The position numbers and the translations under genes were made by a program. Below, in pieces: positions 50,999 to 60,672 of a DNA stretch of 64,000 bases (positions within the stretch are counted from its first letter, which is position 1; each line of letters begins with the position of its first letter). A model generated the notes under the pieces. The model was given only the letters and a program-made list of their open reading frames with translations. It was not told the DNA's origin and ran no database searches. The DNA lies in the IMG/VR virus record IMGVR_UViG_3300030098_005194, positions 38,397 through 102,396 of that record. One strand, given 5' to 3'. This stretch comes from a virus.

Positions 50999-51742
50999 TC
51001 ACCTCCGACTTCCAAACCTGCTGAAACCAAATTCATCTAAAGTAGGGGCTTCGCTTGCTTCAGTTCGTTGGTAGTTTTGTTGACTTACATCAATAGGTGA
51101 ACCGGGTATCACTGGCATCATTCTATTACCTGATTGTCTTATTACATTCTGCATGTCAGGAGTAATTGTTCCTTGCGTCGGCATCGTGTCACGACCAAAT
51201 GGTATGTTTGGGTTTTTTCCCATTTGTGAGGCTTCTTCAATCATTCTAGCAGAATCTGGAGTTTGACCGGGCATTGGAGGAAGAACTGGGTCTACTTTCA
51301 AATTTTGAGCCACTGTGTTTCCAGTGTTATCTGCTGGCATTTGAGTAGTGTTACTATCATCGCCACGAGCCATTTGAAGAATTTCCATCATGTTCATATC
51401 TGAAGTGTCTGGAGGAGGAGCTTCTTTTACACCAAATTTATCTCTGAAAAGTCTCTCAGCCCCTGCCCCCAACTGATTGAAAGTAGAGTAATTGGTTAAT
51501 CCAGCCATTCCTGCCGAAGCCAAAGCAGAGCCAAGGTCAGTCTGGTCACGACTAGCTAGAGTTCTAAGTGCGCCGTATCCACCTGCTAAGTAAGGTAAGA
51601 ATTTCAAGGGACTAGTCATTCCTTTGCCTGTGCCAATAGGAATCTGCAAGGAACCTTGACCAGATGAGTCCATTTGTAAAGCAGTTTGTGCAGGTATAAA
51701 TTCATCAGGATTCTGCTTCCTCAAAACATAGACATTACCCAT
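50999..51742 (-). CDS. putative internal virion protein (VYVLRK leader, Gly/Ala hydrophobic segment)
   Basis: GGGGTGA SD before MGNVYVLRK; C-terminal PTLDEF. Confidence 0.55.
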   Translation of the reverse strand: MGNVYVLRKQNPDEFIPAQTALQMDSSGQGSLQIPIGTGKGMTSPLKFLPYLAGGYGALRTLASRDQTDLGSALASAGMAGLTNYSTFNQLGAGAERLFRDKFGVKEAPPPDTSDMNMMEILQMARGDDSNTTQMPADNTGNTVAQNLKVDPVLPPMPGQTPDSARMIEEASQMGKNPNIPFGRDTMPTQGTITPDMQNVIRQSGNRMMPVIPGSPIDVSQQNYQRTEASEAPTLDEFGFSRFGSRR

Positions 51743-51743
51743 C

Positions 51744-54110
51744 TCAATCACCCCTGAAAGACAGCTTGACTATCTTGATATCTCTCTCAGAGAAACCGAA
51801 AGACTTGTTCAACCTCATCCAATCACCCTTGCTCTCGTTTATCAACCTGATATCTTGAGGGGCGAGGCCAAGCTTTTTGGCAATTGTGGAAACATCATGA
51901 GGAGAATCTATGGAAAGCTTATCTTTACTTACATGCTTGATTATTGTGGAATCGGTTTTAGCATCTTTGATTTGAAGTCTTTCCATGGTCTTGATTAGCC
52001 TATCTTGCACTTCTTCAACCGAACCCTCTCCTTTCATGTACTCTGTGATGAGTCTCTGGTACGGGTCACTGAAAGCGCCTCTAAAACGCTGTATTTCTGG
52101 TTGGGTAATTGGTGCAGTGCTACCACCAGACCTAGCACCGCCTGTTCTTATCAGTTGTCTCAACTGGTCATCACTAAGATTAGCCGCCCCTGCTCTAGCA
52201 GCGGTGATTTGCTCAGGCGTCAAACTAGGAGTTGCTAGATTTGCAGAAGTTGGTGGTTGTGTTTGTGCTACGTTACTAGGTGGTGTGGCCATTTGTGTCA
52301 CTTGAGGTACGACTGGTGCAGGTGGCAAATCTTGTGTTGAGCCACCCATCGCTTCTGTAGTTCCTTCGGCTATTGTGTTTTCAACAAGAGGGGAGTACCT
52401 TACATGGTCTGCCAAACTCATACCTTGATTAGTTGGTAATTGAAAACTGGTGCTGACCGCAGGTTGTGTTGGTAAGTCTATTGGATGAGTTAGTCTTGTT
52501 TCATGACCTTTCGCATCAGCTAAGAACTCTGATATCGCTTCCATGACACCTCTGATTTCCTCCACTTCGCCTTCATATGGCTCATGATGCTTTATGTTGT
52601 ACTTCGCTTCTAGCTCAGGGGTTAATTCTGTAGTTCTCAGTTTGAAATTACCAGCATTGTTACCCATCGCTTCCTCATGTCCACTATGAAGTGCCAAAGC
52701 ACGCATGTCCTTGGCTCTGAGATGCCTACCAGTTCCGTACCTCCCTTGTACAGCACCGACGTGATTTTGAATGCCACCTAAATCCAAAGCACCTGCTGGT
52801 AATTCAGCAGTGTCTTGGAGTCCCGTGTGCAACTCAGTGAAGGCGCTAGCAAGTCTACCAGCAGGTGAATCTGGTGAAGTTTTGCCAAATATTTTCATAA
52901 AAGCATCATAACCAAGTAATTTAAAAAGAAACTCTTCTCTTTGTCCGTCAGTAGCTAGAATTTGTGAAAGTGGCCTTCCCTGATACATAGTATTGGCAAG
53001 AGCAGGGTGTTCAAGTGGATTCAGAGTTTGCTTCACTCTTCCCGTAGCAATAGCTTCTCCACCTACACTACTGTGCCCTATCGCATCCATGATTTCTTGA
53101 TTAGCAACTCTTACTGCCCCTGTTGGTTCTGCACCCTCGCTATATTTTCGTGTGCCTTTTCTAACTCTTCTAAAGAATCTATCAGGTAACATATGTGCTA
53201 TGCCATATGCTGATGTATCAGGAAAAGCAATATCAGTATCTATCCCGGCTTCACTCAATCTAGAAAGTATATCATTTCTGAAAGCGTGCCTTGTCTGATA
53301 ATTACCACCATACACTTGCCCTGTTCTAGCTGAAGTATTATTTCTGTAATATTGCGGATTTTCAGGGGTTGATTTTGGACTTAGTGCAAAACTTAGGTAA
53401 GCGCTTCTTATATGTGGTCTGGTAAGAAAATCATTTCTACCTTGTGGTGGGTCAAGATTATGTTTTTCTTTTAGGATTCTAGCGAGAGCGGGTTGAAAAG
53501 GATTAGCCAAGGAATCTAGAAACATCCCGTGAGGTGATTTAACACCATGAAAATTTCTGTAACCAGTTATCAGTTGTTTCTGTCCATCGATGGTAACATA
53601 ATGCTGTCTAGCTCTTCCTTCTCGTTCAAATTGAGGTCCTTGGTAGTCACTCATGACTAGCCTTCGCCAAGCCTTATCACCTATATCGGGAAGGTGATTA
53701 TCTGGATTGTCTCTATATAGAGGGTCATTGTTTGTTGCTTCTATGGCTTCTTGAACCAACTTTGCAGCATCATCATCAATACCCTCACTCTTGAGTAAAT
53801 TACCCAAATTGTGTATAACACCATCTATACCATGAAAATGTAGGCCACCAAGCTCGTCTTTGTACACCAATTCGCCATGTGGTCCGATTTCATATTTTCC
53901 GGGTATTATATTTCCAACGCCAAACTCCCCTGTTTCTTCTTCAGCATGACTACCAGTATGTGCGAAAGGAGGAGCGTGGTCTATCCCGTTTGGGTCAGTG
54001 TTCTTGACCTCTTCCGGTGGATGTCTTTGGGCTCTTTGTTTTCCTTCCCAATAAATGAAATTTCCATCGCTCTTTTTCAGGGTTTTAGGTAGAACTCTAA
54101 CCTTGCTCAT
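51744..54110 (-). CDS. putative internal virion protein (788 aa)
   Basis: Leader MSKVRVLPKTLKK|S; QRLITEYMK|G before a helical C-terminal domain. Confidence 0.6.
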   Translation of the reverse strand: MSKVRVLPKTLKKSDGNFIYWEGKQRAQRHPPEEVKNTDPNGIDHAPPFAHTGSHAEEETGEFGVGNIIPGKYEIGPHGELVYKDELGGLHFHGIDGVIHNLGNLLKSEGIDDDAAKLVQEAIEATNNDPLYRDNPDNHLPDIGDKAWRRLVMSDYQGPQFEREGRARQHYVTIDGQKQLITGYRNFHGVKSPHGMFLDSLANPFQPALARILKEKHNLDPPQGRNDFLTRPHIRSAYLSFALSPKSTPENPQYYRNNTSARTGQVYGGNYQTRHAFRNDILSRLSEAGIDTDIAFPDTSAYGIAHMLPDRFFRRVRKGTRKYSEGAEPTGAVRVANQEIMDAIGHSSVGGEAIATGRVKQTLNPLEHPALANTMYQGRPLSQILATDGQREEFLFKLLGYDAFMKIFGKTSPDSPAGRLASAFTELHTGLQDTAELPAGALDLGGIQNHVGAVQGRYGTGRHLRAKDMRALALHSGHEEAMGNNAGNFKLRTTELTPELEAKYNIKHHEPYEGEVEEIRGVMEAISEFLADAKGHETRLTHPIDLPTQPAVSTSFQLPTNQGMSLADHVRYSPLVENTIAEGTTEAMGGSTQDLPPAPVVPQVTQMATPPSNVAQTQPPTSANLATPSLTPEQITAARAGAANLSDDQLRQLIRTGGARSGGSTAPITQPEIQRFRGAFSDPYQRLITEYMKGEGSVEEVQDRLIKTMERLQIKDAKTDSTIIKHVSKDKLSIDSPHDVSTIAKKLGLAPQDIRLINESKGDWMRLNKSFGFSERDIKIVKLSFRGD

Positions 54111-55408
54111 GCAGTGGCTCCCCCACGATTTTCAGGAAGGATACCTGTCATATCAGTGGCGTCCTCGGTTCCTCCTTGTGGTCGTGAGGTCTGTTTGAAT
54201 CCACCATTCTTGCTCTTGGGTTTGTCATCCCCAGCTCCAGCAGTGTCTTTGGTTCCCATCGATTTATTCTTCTTGTCCTTGTCTCTAAGTTCTCTTCTGA
54301 TTTCAAACAGCATTCTTCTCATCTCGGCTATATCCGATGCTGTAATTTTTGCTTTGAGAATATCACTGTATGGTATATGGTCAGAACTCATCTGAAACTG
54401 TTGGTTTGGGCTTGGCATCGGCATTGGTGGCGCTATCGCCGTGACTGGTGGAGGTCCCATTACGCTTTGTCTTAGACCCATTTTACCCATAGACAATCCA
54501 GCAGAAGGAGTCTTAGGTCTGTTTAAATGAGGCATCGAAACTCTATGTGACATTCTAGGAGAGTGTATTCTGGGCTTTCTAACACCAACTCCACTAAGAA
54601 GCCTACCGCCACCAGTTGGTCCTGCTTGGTATTTTCTTTGTCCAAACCTTCTTTGTGAAGATGTGTCTTGTCTTACTCCACCTAATCTTTTTCTAGCTTC
54701 CATCGCACCTTGATAATCTCTATATCTAGCAGGGTCTTTTGATAATGGTTGTTTGACCGACACACCCCTGTGTTCCATTTCAACTGCTTTTGGTGCATCT
54801 TTCATTCCAGTTAATTTACCTCTTGAAACTGCCCTTCTAACACTTTTTCTTCTTCTCTCAGTAGCAGTTTTTGGTCCCAAAGAACCACCGGGTGGCATCT
54901 TGAACTGTCCCGTAGAAGGTCGGAATTTCTTACTTCTCTCTTTCTTATCTTTCTTTGCTTTCTTACTTTCTTTTGATTTTAAAAGACTAGACCAAGCATT
55001 ATCCATAACCTCACTCATGGCGAACATATTTCCACCAGCAGCGCCGGGTCCTTTTGCTTGTGTAGCAAGACTTGTGAGAAAACCACCATTACCGGGTGGC
55101 CCAGTGATAGCTGAGATTTCTCTTTCAGCATTTCTTTTATCTGGGCTGTACATACCATCATCGTCATCTTCGTTCTCTTCAGAGGGTGGTAAGTCTTTCG
55201 GTCTAATACGAATGTGCTTTACTTTTGCACGCTCTCTCTTTTCCTTTTCTTTTCTTTTTTGTTTCTCTTCATATTTCTCATCACGATGCTTTGCGTCGTC
55301 AGGACTGTACGTATCTTCTTCGTGATTATTTCGATACATATGTGATGATTCACTACGTGGATTATACATCCTCGTATCGGAGGAACGTCCCTGCATACCC
55401 TCCGTCAT
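54107..55408 (-). CDS. basic low-complexity putative core protein (433 aa)
   Basis: Internal SEVMDNAWSSLLK|S tag followed by a very Lys/Arg-rich region; DILK|A. Confidence 0.6.
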   Translation of the reverse strand: MTEGMQGRSSDTRMYNPRSESSHMYRNNHEEDTYSPDDAKHRDEKYEEKQKRKEKEKRERAKVKHIRIRPKDLPPSEENEDDDDGMYSPDKRNAEREISAITGPPGNGGFLTSLATQAKGPGAAGGNMFAMSEVMDNAWSSLLKSKESKKAKKDKKERSKKFRPSTGQFKMPPGGSLGPKTATERRRKSVRRAVSRGKLTGMKDAPKAVEMEHRGVSVKQPLSKDPARYRDYQGAMEARKRLGGVRQDTSSQRRFGQRKYQAGPTGGGRLLSGVGVRKPRIHSPRMSHRVSMPHLNRPKTPSAGLSMGKMGLRQSVMGPPPVTAIAPPMPMPSPNQQFQMSSDHIPYSDILKAKITASDIAEMRRMLFEIRRELRDKDKKNKSMGTKDTAGAGDDKPKSKNGGFKQTSRPQGGTEDATDMTGILPENRGGATA

Positions 55409-55809
55409 AATTCCAACCCCGCGTATACTGTTATTTCATCGTTTAGTTTCTTAGAAAGAGTTTCGTAGAATTCTTTCACAAAGCCCGGACTTACGAAACA
55501 TCTAGCCATGACTGTACAAATGTAATTAAAATTAGAAAGCTCCTTGTGTAATTTTTTTCTTATTTCAAACACATGTTCAGGCTCATCAGTCACATGTAAT
55601 GAGGCCATTAAATCAACTATGTTAACTATACAATCTTTATTTTCAAGACTGGTTTGAAAATTCTTTTCGGAATGATGATTGAACCTCTCAACCACTGTTA
55701 CGCAATAATCTAAGAAAAGTGGTAAATCATCATCATGTATATTTTTCTGAGATATGTAATGTCTATGACCGGGATGGCTAATCTGCATGAGGTCACTTAT
55801 AGAAATCAT
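55405..55809 (-). CDS. hypothetical protein
   Basis: ORF 55405..55857; likely start MISIS overlapping the TerS stop. Confidence 0.6.
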   Translation of the reverse strand: MISISDLMQISHPGHRHYISQKNIHDDDLPLFLDYCVTVVERFNHHSEKNFQTSLENKDCIVNIVDLMASLHVTDEPEHVFEIRKKLHKELSNFNYICTVMARCFVSPGFVKEFYETLSKKLNDEITVYAGLEL

Positions 55810-56483
55810 ATTTCCTCGCCCTCCGCTTCCAAAAGTGTCTCTCTTATCCGCTTCCAAGTTTCTGGACTCTCTTTAGCAAGCTCGACTTTCAAGACGTTTA
55901 TTGTTTGATTTATTTGCGGTGTATCGCTTTGTGTGCCCCAAGTATCGTTCATTTTCAATAAATCCTTAACAGACTCCCTAACCTCTTTGTGCAAACTTAC
56001 TGCGTCCCTGACAAAACCATCCTCATGTATGCTAGTCTCGTCTAAGAATTCATTCAATCTACTGTTCAATCTTTCTACATTACCACGTAGTACATTCATC
56101 TCATTTCCAACTTGGATGGCTACTTCAGTTGCCGCTGATTTTTGCACTAAAGGTTGAAAATGAAATTTCATGTGATGGAACACTGTATTCTCCGCTACAC
56201 CCAATTCCTCTGCTATGGAATCTGACTCCGAGCCATTTGTGAAATATCGATGTTCAAACTCTGCTCTATCTGGATGTGAACAAATTACACAACTAGGATT
56301 CGCAGCCATATGGTACTCACCCATATGGTTTCTAAAATGCCTGTCAGCGGTGTTTGCTCTCCAGCTCATTTCTTTGTCTAATTGCTTGGCAGTCATCTCG
56401 CCATTGAGCATTGCTTCTTCATAAATTGCTCTATCAGGATGCTGACAAAATGCACAAGAGCGCTTGGTGACCTGCTCGCCCAC
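55806..56483 (-). CDS. putative terminase small subunit (duplicated CxxC-HTH-H domains plus coiled coil)
   Basis: CAFCQHPDR...HFRNH and CVICSHPDR...HMKFH repeats; upstream of TerL. Confidence 0.65.
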   Translation of the reverse strand: MGEQVTKRSCAFCQHPDRAIYEEAMLNGEMTAKQLDKEMSWRANTADRHFRNHMGEYHMAANPSCVICSHPDRAEFEHRYFTNGSESDSIAEELGVAENTVFHHMKFHFQPLVQKSAATEVAIQVGNEMNVLRGNVERLNSRLNEFLDETSIHEDGFVRDAVSLHKEVRESVKDLLKMNDTWGTQSDTPQINQTINVLKVELAKESPETWKRIRETLLEAEGEEI

Positions 56484-56515
56484 GGTGGTCCGATGTAGTG
56501 GGTAGTTTCATAATT

Positions 56516-56782
56516 CTATCTAGTGATTCTAGCATAAATAGACGTTAATAGCATAAATGAAATAAATACACCAATCATATATGACGATGTTTCAGATGCA
56601 GTTAACTCATTACCTCTAAAGAATAGAATACCTAGACCTAATAGAATTGCACTAATTAGTTGAACCATAACCATGTCAATGATTACACTTCTTTTCGGTG
56701 ACATCATTTGCATGGTCATTTCAGCAATTGGTTTTGGTATGTAATCCGTAGGACTTCCTGCTCCGCTCATCATTTTAATCAC
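56516..56782 (-). CDS. small two-TM membrane protein
   Basis: Two hydrophobic helices (VIIDMVMVQLISAILLGLGILFF; YMIGVFISFMLLTSIY). Confidence 0.7.
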   Translation of the reverse strand: MIKMMSGAGSPTDYIPKPIAEMTMQMMSPKRSVIIDMVMVQLISAILLGLGILFFRGNELTASETSSYMIGVFISFMLLTSIYARITR

Positions 56783-57387
56783 CTCAATCCGAATGCGCTT
56801 CTTATCATTCCACCAGCTGCGCTTCCGGCATTCTCAAGGAAAGTTTGGTCCTCCAAGGCTGCGCCCAGAGCGCCTTGAAGGAGACTTTGTTGTGAAATTG
56901 CTATTATTCTATCACGCTCTTGTTGAGCCATGGTAACAGCTTGTTGCGATGCATTTTGCATATTACTTAGTTGTGCTATTATGTTTTCAGCACTTAGAGT
57001 CTGTAGGTCAGATGGAAGAGACTGTAAATCCATTTTCATAACTCCCTCATCATCTAATTTGAAAGAACAGTTCTTTAGAATGTTAAGTATTGAAAAAGCA
57101 GAGATATTACTCAACATTTCTACAAATATAGGCATATTCTGACTAATAATGAATCTATCAATAGGTTGTATGGTACCAAGCATAGATGCTAGAATCTCAG
57201 TATCACTAGGTGGTGCGACTGGAGCATTGTAGTATTGCTGATTTACTCCCATACCACCCATCATACCATTCATAAAATTGTTCTGAGCCCCCATCATGCT
57301 ATTTTGTTGATATCCATTTTGCATACCAGAGACACCAAGAGAAAGGCCACTTTGCTGTGTGTTGTTTGAAGTTATGCCCAAACTCAC
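56779..57387 (-). CDS. hypothetical protein (Q/N/M/G-rich N-terminus, helical core)
   Basis: Coupled ORF in GTPase operon. Confidence 0.65.
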   Translation of the reverse strand: MSLGITSNNTQQSGLSLGVSGMQNGYQQNSMMGAQNNFMNGMMGGMGVNQQYYNAPVAPPSDTEILASMLGTIQPIDRFIISQNMPIFVEMLSNISAFSILNILKNCSFKLDDEGVMKMDLQSLPSDLQTLSAENIIAQLSNMQNASQQAVTMAQQERDRIIAISQQSLLQGALGAALEDQTFLENAGSAAGGMIRSAFGLR

Positions 57388-58358
57388 TGTGCCACCTCCT
57401 GTGTTGGCGGTAGAGGTGTTTGGGTTTGAGGCTGTTGGTTGAGAAGGGCTTGGAAAGCCGGTGTGGGCATAGATGCCTCTAGTAACTCCTTCTGGAACAT
57501 TCTCATATCAAACTGAACCATGGTGATGTCATTATTGCCAGTTTCAGGATTTGGAATATGCCAAACATTAATTCCTTTAGATTTGATTGCGTCTTTCTCT
57601 ATTTCAGTAAAGAAACTCTCATATTTCTGAACTAAGCTATGTGTAGGACCTTGTTTTTGAGACATGATGGATACAGGAACAGTAACTAAACTAACTCCTT
57701 TCTTCATCTTATCGCGGAATCTAGAAGGTTTCATCTCATCTTCTCTCTCCTGTTCAGCTTCCCATTTGCATAATAGATGATACAAATGTAGATGCTCTGG
57801 GCAGTAAGTGCCCTTCATTCTTCTACCACTAGTGACTCCCTCACGAGCCACAAACGCTTCAGTCTGTCCAGTTACAGGATTTTGCCAATACATATCCCAC
57901 AGACTTCTTCCTGTTTCCTCATCAGTTATACGTGCGTAAAGATTGTCGTACTCAATAAGTTCCTTAACATTACACCCATCAATAACACAAGTACCTGTGT
58001 CTTTAGTATACCTGTATTTACTACCGAGCCATCTTCTAGGGTCTAATATAGAGCGTTTTGTGGGCCTAAGTAATTTGTAAGCCTGTTTTATGTCTTGCTT
58101 TCTAGCTTTTCTAGGGTCTGGATGTGTACTAGGATAAAAATTCACTTTGGGAACTTCAAGGTTTTTCTGTTGACCCATAGCTTGCATTTGCTGTTGTGCA
58201 ACAGCTTGTTCAACCAACGCAGCGTGTGAAAGATTTTGGTTTCCTTGTTGAGACAAGGCTAGCATAGCTGCCTCGTTCATTTGTGAAAGCGACTGCGTTG
58301 GTTGTAGTCTTTGTCCAGTCACTTGGCGATACATGTTGTCTGGGATATCAAGCACCAT
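57384..58358 (-). CDS. hypothetical protein with CxxxxC...CxxH zinc motif
   Basis: CVIDGC and YCPEHLHLYH; likely start MVLDIP. Confidence 0.65.
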   Translation of the reverse strand: MVLDIPDNMYRQVTGQRLQPTQSLSQMNEAAMLALSQQGNQNLSHAALVEQAVAQQQMQAMGQQKNLEVPKVNFYPSTHPDPRKARKQDIKQAYKLLRPTKRSILDPRRWLGSKYRYTKDTGTCVIDGCNVKELIEYDNLYARITDEETGRSLWDMYWQNPVTGQTEAFVAREGVTSGRRMKGTYCPEHLHLYHLLCKWEAEQEREDEMKPSRFRDKMKKGVSLVTVPVSIMSQKQGPTHSLVQKYESFFTEIEKDAIKSKGINVWHIPNPETGNNDITMVQFDMRMFQKELLEASMPTPAFQALLNQQPQTQTPLPPTQEVAQ

Positions 58359-58545
58359 CGGAGACACCTCGTGGCTTTACCTTGATGAACAATTCCCCAG
58401 ATTCATCGGATGCGACCTTCCATTCTACCTTTTGTCCGGATTTCAACTCAAACTGTTCAACCAGCCACATAGGAAAAGTGGTTCTGAGAGAGTTGCTTTT
58501 CCCACCTGTGGACACAAGAACTGTGGTGGAACCGCCGCCAGCCAT
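58348..58545 (-). CDS. AbrB/MazE/SpoVT-family DNA-binding protein
   Basis: SLRTTFPMWLVEQFELKSGQKVEW swapped-hairpin signature. Confidence 0.85.
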   Translation of the reverse strand: MAGGGSTTVLVSTGGKSNSLRTTFPMWLVEQFELKSGQKVEWKVASDESGELFIKVKPRGVSDGA

Positions 58546-58580
58546 GTTAATCGCACCATGTCATATATCAAAAAGGTCAC

Positions 58581-59294
58581 TCATGAGGTCAGAAGTTCTA
58601 TCATAGTAGGTTCGACGTTCCAACCTATCCTCGTAGCCATAAAGGAACGTTTAGTGGGTATGCCCGCTTTTTGTAGTCTAATGAGGTCATCTCTGAATGG
58701 GTCGAATATCTTGTGTTCGCCTATTCTTCCCTGTGGCCATAATCTACTAGCAGTCTCATCAAAGAACCTATCCGCCTTGTTAGCCACTAGCATAATCACC
58801 TTTGGGGAGTATTTCCTTCCCTTCCACCAAGAACGTAGATTTCGATATCTCCAGTTTCTAGTGGTAAGCACATCCACTAAAAATTTGAAACCTGCTATTT
58901 GGTCAAGACTTTCCTTCCCCCCTTTGAATGCTCGGTCATCAAACATGAAAACTACAGCCTCCACCTGTCTGGCGACCATATCATCTATCCAAAGATTCCA
59001 GTATTCTTTCTGACCGCCCATATCAGAAGAGTGAACTAATCTAGTGTGATTGTCATATTTCACTCTTTTAGCCGTGGGTTTAGGTAGAATGTATTGACTT
59101 AACAACTTGTAATGCTTAGTCCTATCCTCTTCAGGTATCTCCTCCATCTCACCGGGTGTGGTCATGTATCTATCGAGAGTGGTTTTTCCAACTAAAGAAG
59201 CACCATAGATTCCCACTCTTCTTGGCCTCCAAGAGTCATAGAGGGTTCTACCCCAAATGGCTGCGCCAACTAAGGCGCTTCCAGCCATGCTCAT
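58581..59294 (-). CDS. Arf/Sar1-like small GTPase
   Basis: G1 GASLVGKT, G3 DMGGQ, G4 NKAD, G5-like MAT; N-terminal hydrophobic/amphipathic helix. Confidence 0.85.
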   Translation of the reverse strand: MSMAGSALVGAAIWGRTLYDSWRPRRVGIYGASLVGKTTLDRYMTTPGEMEEIPEEDRTKHYKLLSQYILPKPTAKRVKYDNHTRLVHSSDMGGQKEYWNLWIDDMVARQVEAVVFMFDDRAFKGGKESLDQIAGFKFLVDVLTTRNWRYRNLRSWWKGRKYSPKVIMLVANKADRFFDETASRLWPQGRIGEHKIFDPFRDDLIRLQKAGIPTKRSFMATRIGWNVEPTMIELLTS

Positions 59295-59552
59295 CTAAGG
59301 CACCAGACCAATCAACCAATTACCAAAATCTGAGATTAAGCCGTAGCCCCATTCTACGGTCATTTCCCAAAGACTGTATGCACTATTTGCCTCTACAGCA
59401 CTAACAGCTAATGCGGTAGCGCCACTGATGATGATTGTTCTAAGCCAACCAACGCCCCATTCGTATGTATTATCGAATGTATTAGCCAAGTGCATGGCTC
59501 TCAATGTTTCTTCTACGGAATCATCCTTTGGGGTTTTGAATATGCGTCCCAT
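59295..59552 (-). CDS. small membrane-associated protein
   Basis: Hydrophobic helix WLRTIIISGATALAVSAV and Trp-rich amphipathic C-terminus; GAGAGG SD before MGRIF. Confidence 0.65.
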   Translation of the reverse strand: MGRIFKTPKDDSVEETLRAMHLANTFDNTYEWGVGWLRTIIISGATALAVSAVEANSAYSLWEMTVEWGYGLISDFGNWLIGLVP

Positions 59553-59563
59553 TGGAACCTCTC

Positions 59564-60196
59564 TCAATTGTTTTTGTATCTAAGGTCTGGGGTCCCGTCC
59601 TTCTTTAAACGCACTTTAGACTTCTTTTCCTCTTCTACCAAATCATCAGCCATTTGATTTAGGGAAAGAGTAGTGACGCCGGGATTTTGCACAACTCTAG
59701 GCGCAGTATACTCTTGCTGATTGTTGCCTAATTTATCAAGACCTAAGCTCATTACTGTGTTCTGTGGCTTCGGTGGAACTGGTACAGTAATTGTTTCCTG
59801 CATTAAAAGACTAGGATTTTGCTTGTAAGCCATTAATTCTCTTTCTAATTGCATCTCCTGTATTCTAAGTTCCATGTCGATTCTTCTTTGCTCATGCTCT
59901 GTTTGCATGCTTCTAAGCCTAATTTCCCTCTCACGTTGTAGATTCTGAGTATTAACTCTCACCTTCATAGACTGTTCAAAGAACATTTTGAAAACGTAGT
60001 AAGCTAAAATCTGAACTGCTAAAGCACCCATTGCGTATGTCATACCATTTACTATGTGGTCGCCATCACCTGCTGGCAACCATATCCCTGAGTCAAAGAC
60101 TCCCACTGCTACTCCTATTAATGCTGATTGTGCTAAAATTAAACCTGTCAATCTTAGTTCAGCGTTATCAACCTGACCATCGTTGTTCCAATCCAT
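59564..60196 (-). CDS. two-TM membrane protein with long coiled coil and C-terminal KKDGTPDLRY motif
   Basis: Two TM helices; Q/R/E-rich coiled coil; N-terminal DWNNDGQVD. Confidence 0.75.
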   Translation of the reverse strand: MDWNNDGQVDNAELRLTGLILAQSALIGVAVGVFDSGIWLPAGDGDHIVNGMTYAMGALAVQILAYYVFKMFFEQSMKVRVNTQNLQREREIRLRSMQTEHEQRRIDMELRIQEMQLERELMAYKQNPSLLMQETITVPVPPKPQNTVMSLGLDKLGNNQQEYTAPRVVQNPGVTTLSLNQMADDLVEEEKKSKVRLKKDGTPDLRYKNN

Positions 60197-60279
60197 GTGA
60201 ACTGACCTCGTACTGGGGCACAGTAGGGGACATCTTAAGACTTTTGACCTAATTATAGGTTAGATTGGAGGATGTTTTC

Positions 60280-60347
60280 AATTATTCATTATTCTTTCTA
60301 TACACTATAATAATTATTATTTCATCTAAAGGAATAATAGAATAATT
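60280..60347. repeat. AT-rich dyad: (ATTATTC)x2 - ATAATAATTATTAT palindrome - (GAATAAT)x2
   Basis: Inverted arms centred on the 14-bp palindrome 60307-60320. Confidence 0.8.
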
Positions 60348-60351
60348 AGAA

Positions 60352-60672
60352 TTATACGATTTTAACCCAATTAGACTTAACAATCGTCGGTTTCCCACCA
60401 ACACCCTGCTTTTTGGCCCGCTTTCTTTTTGTTGCGGCCCGTTTCTGTCCACTTGACATGCTTCCAGATGTCTTCGGAGTCTTGCTCGATACCTTTACTG
60501 AGGGTCTGCATTTCGGGTAGCCCTTTCCTGATAATTTTGCCTTTGACCGTCCACAAGGAGGATGTTTGCCTGTCTTCGGGTCCTTCCTCGATACGTCCAC
60601 CCACTTCTCCTTGAACCAACGATTCAGGTTCTTCACAACTAACGTGTTGTGGCAGGTGCAGCGTTCGCTCAT
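60352..60672 (-). CDS. small basic protein (RWFKEKWVD...CGRS...YPKCRP family)
   Basis: CTCH...LVVK|N leader; very basic. Confidence 0.7.
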   Translation of the reverse strand: MSERCTCHNTLVVKNLNRWFKEKWVDVSRKDPKTGKHPPCGRSKAKLSGKGYPKCRPSVKVSSKTPKTSGSMSSGQKRAATKRKRAKKQGVGGKPTIVKSNWVKIV

